Of a stretch of DNA of 18,339 bases, positions 7,429-14,918 are shown one piece after another. The notes below the pieces were generated by a model. It was not told the DNA's origin, searched no databases, and worked only from the letters and a program-made list of their open reading frames with translations. Positions within the stretch are counted from its first letter, which is position 1. Each line of letters begins with the position of its first letter. A program made the position numbers and the translations under genes. Source of the stretch: a virus; UHGV virus genome UHGV-0075702. One strand, written 5' to 3'.

Positions 7429-7594
7429 TCGTTAAACTCCCTGCTGTGGTTACGATGAATGTATTCATGTTGAAGCTAAGCCATAGCGGCTTGTCATCAT
7501 CACCAATCTGGCGGAATTGACTGTTCATAAATCACAATTGGACTCACCCAAACGTCTCTTCAGGCCACTGGTTACCAGCTATGTGACGATGAAG

Positions 7595-8302
7595 TCACGA
7601 ACTTTTCAGCCACTCCCTTGCCTCGATGTCATCCAGATGGCGAGATTGCTTCAGAATACCAGCCACATACTCCACCTTTGCTACTTGATGATAAGGCAAC
7701 GTTATTGGCCTGTGGTCCTGGTTGATGCTTGTAAATTGGTATTCTCCGTCTCTGTCATAGCCAAGAACTTTGATCATGTTGTGTCCTTCAACAGTTCTGA
7801 CAAACACCTCATCACCCGGGAATACTTTGGTGTTAGGCTCAATGAGTACATATTCTCCTGATTTTATTCTGGGCCACATGCTGTCTCCTTTCACACGAAG
7901 ACCAAAGGCATCTGGATCATCGCTATAAATCTTGAGCCACCCATCGCGCTCTTCGGTCATCTCGATGGCACCATCAACACCAAGAATTGCCTCACCAACC
8001 ACGCGCACTAACCCTTTTTTTAATTTGCCAACAAATGAAAGAGTATCTTCATCATTCGCTCCATTTAACGAAGTGCCGTGCTGAAGCCAAACAACATCAA
8101 CGTTTAGAAATTTCGCAAGCGCATTCATTTTTTCCTGACGCGGTAAAGACTCAGCATTAAACCATTTGCTAACGCCTTTGGACGAAAGAGAAAGGGCACG
8201 GGCTATGGCCATCCCCCTACCATGTTCATCAAGACCAGCTTCTTTACAGGCTTGCGCTAGCCGCTGGGCGAATTCTTTGCGCACTTTTTCATTCTGAACC
8301 AT
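7595..8302 (-). CDS. cI: CI-type prophage repressor (N-terminal HTH plus C-terminal S24/LexA-like autocleavage domain)
   Basis: 235-aa ORF with an HTH-like N-terminal region and a C-terminal region containing G-D-S-M (LRVKGDSMWPRIKSGEYVLIEP), typical of the S24 Ser-Lys dyad. Divergent from cro across a 78-bp operator region. Confidence 0.9.
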   Translation of the reverse strand: MVQNEKVRKEFAQRLAQACKEAGLDEHGRGMAIARALSLSSKGVSKWFNAESLPRQEKMNALAKFLNVDVVWLQHGTSLNGANDEDTLSFVGKLKKGLVRVVGEAILGVDGAIEMTEERDGWLKIYSDDPDAFGLRVKGDSMWPRIKSGEYVLIEPNTKVFPGDEVFVRTVEGHNMIKVLGYDRDGEYQFTSINQDHRPITLPYHQVAKVEYVAGILKQSRHLDDIEAREWLKSS

Positions 8303-8380
8303 GAGTACGATACTAAAGCACTTGCAAAAACTTTCAGTTCAATCATAATGCGTACTGAAAGTACGAAAAAGGATATTCCT
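8303..8380. promoter_or_regulatory. OR region with divergent pRM/pR candidates and operator dyads
   Basis: 78 bp between the cI and cro start codons. Contains inverted repeat ACTTTCAGT-N15-ACTGAAAGT, a small dyad AGTAcgaTACT, and a plus-strand TTGCAA-N16/17-CATAAT (pR-like) about 30 nt before the cro ATG. A TAGTAT hexamer 7 nt before the cI ATG would fit a leaderless pRM transcript. Confidence 0.55.
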
Positions 8381-8608
8381 ATGCAAAATCTTGATGAGCC
8401 GATTAAAGGTGTCGGCATCCCTGAAGTTGCGAAGGCTTGTGGAGTTAGCGAAAGGGCTGTCTATAAGTGGCTTAAAAACGGCTTCCTCCCTAAGACTGAG
8501 TTTTTTGGGAAAACGAAATATGCATCAAAAATCGAAGAGATTTCTGGTGGCAAATATCAAGCAAGCGAAATGCTTGAAATAAGCAAAAAGAACCTTCTGG
8601 CTGCATAA
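8381..8608 (+). CDS. cro: Cro-like HTH repressor (75 aa)
   Basis: Start at the internal ATG with AAGGA RBS. Contains an HTH-like stretch (GIPEVAKACGVSERAVYKWLKNG). First gene rightward of the operator region, divergent from cI. Confidence 0.7.
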   Translation: MQNLDEPIKGVGIPEVAKACGVSERAVYKWLKNGFLPKTEFFGKTKYASKIEEISGGKYQASEMLEISKKNLLAA

Positions 8609-8615
8609 GTAACAT

Positions 8616-8650
8616 CGCTCTTTATCAATCTGCACCGCCGACAACGCGGT
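8616..8650 (+). promoter_or_regulatory. nutR candidate (boxA plus boxB hairpin)
   Basis: CGCTCTTTA (boxA consensus) 8 nt after the cro stop, followed 9 nt later by ACCGC-CGACAAC-GCGGT. The hairpin loop shares GACAA with the nutL candidate. Confidence 0.5.
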
Positions 8651-8662
8651 AACTAATTAAGC

Positions 8663-8680
8663 ACTCATCGAAAGATGAGT
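8663..8680 (+). terminator. tR1-position hairpin (7-bp stem, GAAA loop)
   Basis: ACTCATC-GAAA-GATGAGT followed by AT-rich ATTAGTGATTATTTA. There is no clean U-tract, so it could be a Rho-dependent site or merely a structure. Confidence 0.3.
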
Positions 8681-8714
8681 ATTAGTGATTATTTACCTAT
8701 GGAAATAGTAAGAA

Positions 8715-9011
8715 ATGGAACAAACAAGTTACAGCAAACTATCACAGCGCGACGTTGATCGCGCAGAAACAGATTTACTTATCAACCTGTCAGCGATTAC
8801 CCAGCGCGGTCTGGCAAAGATGATTGGCTGTCATGAATCGAAGATAAGCAGAACGGACTGGCGGTTTATTGCTTCGGTTCTGTGTGCTTTCGGAATGGCA
8901 TCGGACATCAGTCCGATTAGCAGGGCTTTTAAGTATGCGCTTGATGGAATCACAAAGAAAAAATCCCCGGCCGCCACCGAGGATTTTAAGCAAATTGATA
9001 TGCAATTCTGA
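8715..9011 (+). CDS. cII: CII transcriptional activator
   Basis: C-terminus ...[18 protein letters not shown] resembles lambda CII ...KKRPAATERSEQIQMEF (from memory), with an HTH-like centre ([16 protein letters not shown]). Confidence 0.85.
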   Translation: MEQTSYSKLSQRDVDRAETDLLINLSAITQRGLAKMIGCHESKISRTDWRFIASVLCAFGMASDISPISRAFKYALDGITKKKSPAATEDFKQIDMQF

Positions 9012-9043
9012 GGGAATTACTGGATCAATCCACAGGAGTCATT

Positions 9044-9190
9044 ATGACAAAACAACTCAGTCCTTACCAGGACAAAATTCACAAACACATACTACGTGAT
9101 CGCTTCCTGTCCAGCTTCAAGCAGCCTGGTCGATTCCGGGCTGAGTTGGAAAAGGTGAAGCTGATGCAGAAGGAGAAAGGTCATGAGTAA
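9044..9190 (+). CDS. small ORF between cII and O (48 aa)
   Basis: Not in ORF track. AGGAG RBS 5 nt before the ATG; its stop overlaps the O-like start. Small ORFs at this position occur in other lambdoid phages as I recall. Confidence 0.35.
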   Translation: MTKQLSPYQDKIHKHILRDRFLSSFKQPGRFRAELEKVKLMQKEKGHE

Positions 9191-10082
9191 CATATCTAAT
9201 CTAGCCGAAGCCAGAGAGGCCAGAAGGCTACAACAACCGCATCAAAGCAGCGGTAAGGGGTATGCCTTGCTGCACCGTAAAATTATGGATGTGCCGTTTT
9301 ACAAGGACGCAGAAGCTGCACATCTGTGGGTTCACTTAATCCTCAAAGCAAAGCATACGCCTGAGTATGTAATGACTGACGCAGGAGAAATTCTGGTAGG
9401 CAGAGGGAAGCTACTTGGCGGTAGAAACTCTCTGGCGTTTGAAACAGGACTCAAACCAGATCGCGTTCAGTACCTGCTTAGAAAGTTCAAAAAACTCGGC
9501 ATGATTGACTGGGTTTCACACGGTAAATTCTCAGTTTTCTCGGTAGAGAAATATGACGATTATCAGTCAAATTTTGTACCAGTAGATTACCAGCAAATTA
9601 CCACCTCAAAGCCAGCAATACCAATGCCTGTAAGCAATGCTGTACCAGCAGATTACCAGCAAATTACCACAGATAAAGAATATAGTAATATTATCTCTAA
9701 TACTGACGTATTAGAGAGTGCCACAGCAGACAAAAAGTCTGACAAGAAAAAACCTTCCGTCAGCTGTCAGGATGTTGTCGATGCTTACCACGAAATCCTT
9801 CCTGAAGCGCCAAGAATCCGCGCACTGAATGACAAGCGTAAAAACCAGATCCGAACGTTCTGGCGCAAAGCCGGAGTGATAACCCGCCAGCTTGACGGGC
9901 ATGGGTTCACGATGCAGGACTGGAGAAATTATTTGAGCTACGTAGGCGAAAATTGTCGATGGATGTTCGAAGAGCGTCCAAACCATCAACGCGGAACTGT
10001 CTGGCACAAAAAGGGATTTGATTACCTGCTTAACGATAATACCTACCTGAAAGTTCGTGAGGGTGAACACGATGACCGATAA
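9183..10082 (+). CDS. replication initiator (lambda O / P22 gp18-like) with internal origin repeats
   Basis: 299-aa ORF upstream of and coupled to a DnaB-type helicase. N-terminal winged-helix-like region, a duplicated linker peptide ([13 protein letters not shown] / [13 protein letters not shown]) encoded by the iteron-like DNA repeats, then a C-terminal domain. Confidence 0.7.
   Translation: MSNISNLAEAREARRLQQPHQSSGKGYALLHRKIMDVPFYKDAEAAHLWVHLILKAKHTPEYVMTDAGEILVGRGKLLGGRNSLAFETGLKPDRVQYLLRKFKKLGMIDWVSHGKFSVFSVEKYDDYQSNFVPVDYQQITTSKPAIPMPVSNAVPADYQQITTDKEYSNIISNTDVLESATADKKSDKKKPSVSCQDVVDAYHEILPEAPRIRALNDKRKNQIRTFWRKAGVITRQLDGHGFTMQDWRNYLSYVGENCRWMFEERPNHQRGTVWHKKGFDYLLNDNTYLKVREGEHDDR
9576..9715. 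repeat. ori candidate: two 30-bp direct repeats (iteron-like, each with 2 copies of ATTACCA) followed by an AT-rich tract
   Basis: tgtaccagtagattaccagcaaattaccac (9576..9605) and tgtaccagcagattaccagcaaattaccac (9641..9670) differ at 1 position. Downstream lies an AT-rich stretch (agataaagaatatagtaatattatctctaatactg). Layout parallels lambda ori inside O. Confidence 0.45.
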
Positions 10083-11508
10083 TTTTTATGCGCCGCCCCA
10101 TAGCATCGAGGCAGAGCAGGCGGTGATTGGTGGATTGCTTCTGGATGATGACAGCAGTGAGCGCGTCCAGAAAGTTCTGGCAATGCTGAAGCCTGATTCA
10201 TTTTACAGCCGACCACACAAAATCCTTTTCGAAGAAATAACCAGAATGCACCGTGAGCAAAAGCCAGTAGATGGCCTGACGCTTTTCGATGAACTGGAGC
10301 GTAAATCGTTAACGGCGTCTGTTGGCGGTTTTGCTTATATCGCTGAGATCGCAAAGAACACGCCAAGCGCAGCAAACATCGTTGCCTATGCAATGCAGGT
10401 TCGTGAAACCGCAATGGAACGCTACGCCATCAACCGCATGACTGAAGCGACGGAATTGCTCTATTCCCGCAACGGAATGACTGCAACGCAGAAGTACGAA
10501 GCTATTCAGGCAATTTTCACGCAACTGACAGACCATGCAAAAACCGGATCGCGTCGCGGCCTTCGCTCATTTGGTGAGGTCATGGAAGACTGGGTTAGCG
10601 ACCTTGAGAAGCGATTTGACCCGTCAGGCGAACAACGAGGAATGAGCACAGGGATCCCATCGCTGGACAGGATGCTGTCACCGAAAGGTCTGGTGAAAGG
10701 CTCTCTGTTTGTCATTGGCGCTCGCCCTAAGATGGGGAAAACGACGCTATACAGCCAGATGGCAATCAACTGCGCAGTGTATGAGAAAAAGCCCGCTCTG
10801 ATGTTCAGCCTTGAAATGCCAGGTGATCAGATACTGGAAAAACTGGTAGGGCAGAAGTCTGGTGTTAACCCGAATATTTTTTACCTTCCGGCGACAAATG
10901 ACGCCGATGACGGCTATCAGGGTGATTACGATGGTGACTTCAACAGGGCGATCGAAACAGCCAATCGCTTGAGTGAAATCGACATGCTTTACATCGACGA
11001 CACGCCGGGATTATCTCTGGCTCAAATCGTCAGCGAAAGCCGTCGAATCAAGCGAGAAAAAGGATGTGTTGGCATGATTCTGGTCGATTACCTGACACTA
11101 ATGACCGCTGAGAAGGCCGATCGCAACGACCTTGCTTACGGCATGATCACCAAAGGACTGAAGAACCTTGCCAAAGAGCTTGATTGCGTTGTTGTGCTTC
11201 TGACGCAGCTTAACCGCGCACTGGAAAGCCGAACCAATAAACGCCCATTACCAAGTGACTCGCGCGATACAGGGCAGATTGAACAGGATTGCGATTATTG
11301 GGTGGGGATCCATCGTGAAGGTGCTTTTGATGACAGTGTTCCACCTGGTGAAACCGAACTAATCCTTCGTCTCAACCGTCATGGCAATACCGGCACGGTG
11401 TATTGCATTCAGGCAAATGGCGCTATTTATGACACAGACCAACAGTCTGCTGAAATGCGCCGCCGTGAACGCGAGGAGCCGCAGTCCAAGAAGAAAGGAG
11501 GATTCTGA
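10072..11508 (+). CDS. DnaB-family replicative DNA helicase (P22 gp12-type)
   Basis: Start at the internal ATG overlapping the O-like stop. DnaB N-terminal signature (SIEAEQAVIGGLLLD), Walker A (GARPKMGKTT) and downstream helicase motifs (ILVDYLTLM, VVLLTQLNR). Confidence 0.9.
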   Translation: MTDNFYAPPHSIEAEQAVIGGLLLDDDSSERVQKVLAMLKPDSFYSRPHKILFEEITRMHREQKPVDGLTLFDELERKSLTASVGGFAYIAEIAKNTPSAANIVAYAMQVRETAMERYAINRMTEATELLYSRNGMTATQKYEAIQAIFTQLTDHAKTGSRRGLRSFGEVMEDWVSDLEKRFDPSGEQRGMSTGIPSLDRMLSPKGLVKGSLFVIGARPKMGKTTLYSQMAINCAVYEKKPALMFSLEMPGDQILEKLVGQKSGVNPNIFYLPATNDADDGYQGDYDGDFNRAIETANRLSEIDMLYIDDTPGLSLAQIVSESRRIKREKGCVGMILVDYLTLMTAEKADRNDLAYGMITKGLKNLAKELDCVVVLLTQLNRALESRTNKRPLPSDSRDTGQIEQDCDYWVGIHREGAFDDSVPPGETELILRLNRHGNTGTVYCIQANGAIYDTDQQSAEMRRREREEPQSKKKGGF

Positions 11509-11591
11509 TGACCATCTACATCACTGAGCTAATAACAGGCCTGCTGGTAATCGCAGGCTTTTTTATTTGGGGGAGAGTAAATCGTGGCTGA
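11508..11591 (+). CDS. tiny hydrophobic ORF (27 aa, MTIYITELITGLLVIAGFFIWGRVNRG)
   Basis: Not in ORF track. ATG overlaps the helicase TGA (TGATG). Single predicted TM-like segment. Expression unverified. Confidence 0.25.
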   Translation: MTIYITELITGLLVIAGFFIWGRVNRG

Positions 11592-11910
11592 CGGGCAAAT
11601 TCCAATCATCATTCTTGCCGGAGCTTCGCTGGTTGCTGGCTTTATCCTGCTGAAAAAGCATAAAGACCGTGATCAAAAAGTCAAAGTTCTCTATGGGTAT
11701 CCAGCGAACAGCACAACATGGCTGACCATTTACCACTACCGAAAATCAGGCCGCTGGGTATTCGAATGGGATGATCTGTTCGCTGAAAAGCGACCAAAGT
11801 CATGGGGAGACATCAGCGAATGCATGATGTTTGAAGAAAGAAAATCCGGCGCAACCCGAGAAGAGTTTAACGAAGCGTGGAGGCGATTAAGTGAGAGAGG
11901 GTATCAATGA
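11584..11910 (+). CDS. small membrane-anchored protein (108 aa) at the ren-equivalent position
   Basis: GTG start with GGGGGAGAG RBS 6 nt upstream. N-terminal hydrophobic helix (IPIIILAGASLVAGFILL) followed by a charged soluble domain. No family recognised; not lambda Ren. Confidence 0.5.
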   Translation: MADGQIPIIILAGASLVAGFILLKKHKDRDQKVKVLYGYPANSTTWLTIYHYRKSGRWVFEWDDLFAEKRPKSWGDISECMMFEERKSGATREEFNEAWRRLSERGYQ

Positions 11911-12123
11911 GCAGAATTAAATCTGGTTATCCAGGGAATGGGGAATACCCGAAGCCATATTTACCTGTAACAGTGACCACTTAATCTAAGCATCCACATC
12001 ATTTCAAGCATAGTGGTACAGCTTATTGGAGTGGCAAGCGGTGGATAGGTATTGATGGGTTCAAAATTGGGTATGCAAAGGTAATTAAATGGGAATTTAA
12101 CATCGCACACTGGAGTTCATCCC

Positions 12124-12564
12124 ATGAGGAAACTAACGTTTGAACTAAGAAGCCACGTCCATCAGCAGAACGCCATTCAAGCCATCCAGCAAATCCTTCC
12201 AGACCCAACCAAACCAATCGTAGTAACCATTCAGGAGCGCAACCGCAGCTTAGACCAAAATCGGAAGCTTTGGGCTTGTCTTGGTGACGTTTCGCGTCAG
12301 GTTGAATGGCATGGTCGCTGGCTGGATGCAGAAAGCTGGAAGTGTGTGTTTACCGCAGCATTAAAGCAGCAGGACGTTGTTCCTAACCTTGCCGGGAATG
12401 GCTTTGTGGTAATAGGCCAGTCAACCAGCAGAATGCGTGTAAGCGAATTTGCGGAGCTATTAGAGCTTATACAGGCATTCGGTACAGAGCGTGGCGTTAA
12501 GTGGTCAGACGAAGCGCGACTGGCTCTGGAGTGGAAAGCGAGATGGGGAGATCGGGCTGCATGA
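12124..12564 (+). CDS. ninB: NinB (Orf family recombination protein)
   Basis: 146-aa translation is near-identical to lambda NinB as I recall it (MRKLTFELRSHVHQQNAIQAIQQILPDPTKPIVVTIQERNRSLDQNRKLWACLGDVSRQVEWHGRWLDAESWKCVF...). Confidence 0.9.
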   Translation: MRKLTFELRSHVHQQNAIQAIQQILPDPTKPIVVTIQERNRSLDQNRKLWACLGDVSRQVEWHGRWLDAESWKCVFTAALKQQDVVPNLAGNGFVVIGQSTSRMRVSEFAELLELIQAFGTERGVKWSDEARLALEWKARWGDRAA

Positions 12565-13088
12565 CTATCAAATCAAATACGCCGGCACACGACAAGGACT
12601 GCTGGCAAACGCCGCTTTGGCTTTTTGATGCACTGGATATTGAGTTTGGATTCTGGCTGGATTCGGCAGCGAGCGACAAAAACGCTCTGTGTGCTCACTG
12701 GCTAACTGAGGCCGACGACGCGCTCAATTCTGAGTGGGTAAGCCACGGTGCAATCTGGAATAACCCACCGTACAGCAATATCAGGCCGTGGGTGGAAAAA
12801 GCCGCTGAGCAGTGCATACAACAGCGACAGACGGTAGTGATGCTTGTGCCAGAGGATATGTCTGTCGGATGGTTCAGCAAGGCTCTGGAGAGTGTTGACG
12901 AAGTTCGCATTATCACTGATGGACGGATTAATTTTATCGAACCATCGACAGGGCTGGAGAAGAAGGGAAACAGCAAAGGCTCCATGCTGCTGATTTGGCG
13001 ACCGTTCATCAGTCCTCGACGGATGTTTACTACCGTATCCAAAGCGGCATTGATGGCGATCGGGCAGGGCGTCAGGAGGGCGGCATGA
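12561..13088 (+). CDS. phage Dam-like DNA N6-adenine methyltransferase
   Basis: Internal ATG overlapping the ninB stop (ATGA). Contains N-P-P-Y (WNNPPYSN), the catalytic motif IV of N6-adenine methyltransferases; size (~175 aa) fits small phage Dam enzymes. Confidence 0.8.
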   Translation: MTIKSNTPAHDKDCWQTPLWLFDALDIEFGFWLDSAASDKNALCAHWLTEADDALNSEWVSHGAIWNNPPYSNIRPWVEKAAEQCIQQRQTVVMLVPEDMSVGWFSKALESVDEVRIITDGRINFIEPSTGLEKKGNSKGSMLLIWRPFISPRRMFTTVSKAALMAIGQGVRRAA

Positions 13089-13261
13089 GGCGACAGCGAC
13101 GAAGTATCACCGACATAATCTGCGAAAACTGCAAATACCTTCCAACGAAACGCTCCAGAAATAAACGCAAGCCAATCCCAAAAGAATCTGACGTAAAAAC
13201 CTTCAATTACACGGCTCACCTGTGGGATATCAGGTGGCTTAGACATCGTGCGAGGAAATGA
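13085..13261 (+). CDS. ninE: NinE
   Basis: [58 protein letters not shown] matches lambda NinE from memory. ATGA overlap with the methylase stop. Confidence 0.8.
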   Translation: MRRQRRSITDIICENCKYLPTKRSRNKRKPIPKESDVKTFNYTAHLWDIRWLRHRARK

Positions 13262-13623
13262 CAATGGATTATTCACAGTTAAGTGATTTTGAAATTAACG
13301 TGGCGGTATTCGAAGCTATTCATAACGGATCACCGGATTACAAAGAAGGTGAGAATGGCGATATGGTGTTTGTCTCATTTGAGGGAGACATTGTAAACGG
13401 AGACGCAGTTGAAGTAGAAGTTGAGCGCGGTTCCTTTAACCCATGCGCAAACCCAGCAGACGCATGGCCGATTATTGAAAAATACAGGATTAGCATTATC
13501 AATCTCGATGAAGACGAGTGGGGTGCACGCGGTGTGGCCTACTGTAAATCTAAGCGAGCTATACATGAAAATCCCCTCCGCGCCGCCATGATTGTCTTTC
13601 TCATGATGCAGAGAATCCAATAA
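13258..13623 (+). CDS. nin-region hypothetical protein (possibly NinX/DUF2591-like)
   Basis: 121-aa ORF with ATGA coupling to ninE. Family assignment is a weak recollection. Confidence 0.55.
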   Translation: MTMDYSQLSDFEINVAVFEAIHNGSPDYKEGENGDMVFVSFEGDIVNGDAVEVEVERGSFNPCANPADAWPIIEKYRISIINLDEDEWGARGVAYCKSKRAIHENPLRAAMIVFLMMQRIQ

Positions 13624-13796
13624 TGCTTAGCCCATCCCAATCCATTCAATACCAGAAAGAAAGCGTCGAGCGAGCTTTAACGTGCGCTAACTGCGGTCAT
13701 AAACTGCATGTGCTGGAAGTTCACGTGTGTGAGCACTGCTGTGCAGAGTTAATGGCAGACCCTAACGGACAAATGCTGGAGGAAGATGATGAGTGA
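13623..13796 (+). CDS. ninF: NinF
   Basis: Not in ORF track (57 aa). Translation [57 protein letters not shown] matches lambda NinF from memory. TAATG overlap with the upstream gene. Confidence 0.75.
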   Translation: MLSPSQSIQYQKESVERALTCANCGHKLHVLEVHVCEHCCAELMADPNGQMLEEDDE

Positions 13797-14091
13797 GTTA
13801 CGCGCAGGTGGCATCGCAATAGTCATTTTTTCAGAAAACAAACCCGAAATTGGCAGATGCGTTGAGTTAATCGAAAAAGTAACAAACGGATATGTATTTA
13901 ATTTTCCTGGTGCAGGTAAGCATAGTTGGCGTGATGACACCCCTGGGTGGTTAGTTAAAGGCGATGTATCGATTTATACAAACGAGCCTTCAGGTGGTTT
14001 CTCTTATTTTTACAGTGATGAACTCATGCCAATCGACGGAGAAGACTTCTCTCACGAAGATGAGCAACAGAAGGAGCTGGCAAATGGCTAA
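13786..14091 (+). CDS. hypothetical protein (101 aa)
   Basis: Track ORF overlapping the ninF 3' end; its stop overlaps the next start (ATGGCTAA). No family recognised. Confidence 0.5.
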   Translation: MMSELRAGGIAIVIFSENKPEIGRCVELIEKVTNGYVFNFPGAGKHSWRDDTPGWLVKGDVSIYTNEPSGGFSYFYSDELMPIDGEDFSHEDEQQKELANG

Positions 14092-14374
14092 CCTACGCAA
14101 AGAAGCACGCGGCAGAGAATGCCAGGTACGTATTTACGGCGTATGCAATGGCAACCCTGAAACTACAGTTCTGGCGCATTACCGGATGGCTGGAATTTGC
14201 GGAACTGGAATGAAGCCTGACGACCTGATCGGCGCATGGGCTTGTAGCGCGTGTCACGATGAAATCGACCGACGCACCCATAACCTCGACAACAAAGACG
14301 CCAGACTTTACCACCTGGAAGGCGTGATCAGGACGCAGGCGATACTGCTGAAGGAGGGGAAGATTAAGCCATGA
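14084..14374 (+). CDS. DUF1364-family protein (YbcO-like putative nuclease, Cys4)
   Basis: Internal ATG (MANLRKEARGRECQVRIYGVCNGNPETTVLAHYR...CSACHDEIDRR...). Four conserved Cys in two pairs, immediately upstream of rusA as in the DLP12 ybcO-rusA arrangement I recall. Confidence 0.65.
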   Translation: MANLRKEARGRECQVRIYGVCNGNPETTVLAHYRMAGICGTGMKPDDLIGAWACSACHDEIDRRTHNLDNKDARLYHLEGVIRTQAILLKEGKIKP

Positions 14375-14733
14375 ACGAATATCAGTTTGTGCTTCCATAC
14401 CCGCCGTCGGTGAACACCTACTGGCGAAGACGGGGAAGCCAATACTACATCAGCGATAAAGGCCAGAAATACCGAAAAGACGTTCAGCAAATCATCCGCC
14501 AACTCAAGTTAGACATTTTCACCAAATCACGACTCCGCATCAAAGTCATCGCAGACGTTCCAGACTCCCGCCGCCGCGACCTCGACAACATCCTGAAAGG
14601 TTTACTCGACTCCCTTATCCACGCCGGATTTGCGGAAGACGACGAGCAATTCGATGACATTCGCGTAATTCGTGGTGTGAAAGTACCAGGCGGACGGCCT
14701 GGAATAAAAATCACCGAACTGGAGAACGCATGA
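14371..14733 (+). CDS. rusA: RusA Holliday-junction resolvase
   Basis: 120 aa with DVPDSRRRDLDNILKGLLDSL, matching the RusA acidic catalytic core (E. coli RusA ...[20 protein letters not shown]... from memory). Confidence 0.9.
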   Translation: MNEYQFVLPYPPSVNTYWRRRGSQYYISDKGQKYRKDVQQIIRQLKLDIFTKSRLRIKVIADVPDSRRRDLDNILKGLLDSLIHAGFAEDDEQFDDIRVIRGVKVPGGRPGIKITELENA

Positions 14734-14918
14734 ACGCCACAATTCAAACGATACCAGAGCTTCTTATCCAGACACGAGGCAATCAGACCGAAGTGGCGAG
14801 GATGCTTTCCTGCGCAAGAGGAACGGTGCTCAAGTACAACCGAGACAGCAAAGGTGAGCGTCACGTAATAGTTAACGGCGTCCTGATGGTCAAACAGGGC
14901 AAGAGGGGAAGACGATGA
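14730..14918 (+). CDS. ninH: NinH
   Basis: 62 aa; TIPELLIQTRGNQTEVARMLSCARGTVLKY...HVIVNGVLMV resembles lambda NinH (TIPDMLVEAYGNQTEVARRLKCSRGTVRKY...). ATGA-coupled on both sides. Confidence 0.7.
   Translation: MNATIQTIPELLIQTRGNQTEVARMLSCARGTVLKYNRDSKGERHVIVNGVLMVKQGKRGRR

Noticed and set aside
7517-7861. Plus-strand ORF 7517..7861 (114 aa)
   Set aside because: Lies antisense to the well-supported cI gene and spacer; no RBS.
9711-10536. Minus-strand ORFs 9711..10070, 10043..10414 and 10309..10536
   Set aside because: Antisense to the O-like and helicase genes, which carry clear family signatures; none has an RBS.
11907-12123. Short ORF starting ATGAGCAGAATTAAA (about 25 codons) and the 210-bp gap before ninB as a possible tR2 terminator region
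   Set aside because: The ORF is very short with no clear RBS, and I could not find a convincing hairpin plus U-tract in the gap, so neither a gene nor a terminator is claimed.
12695-13276. Minus-strand ORF 12695..13276 (193 aa)
   Set aside because: Antisense to the coupled methylase-ninE genes, which have recognisable motifs and match recalled lambda proteins.
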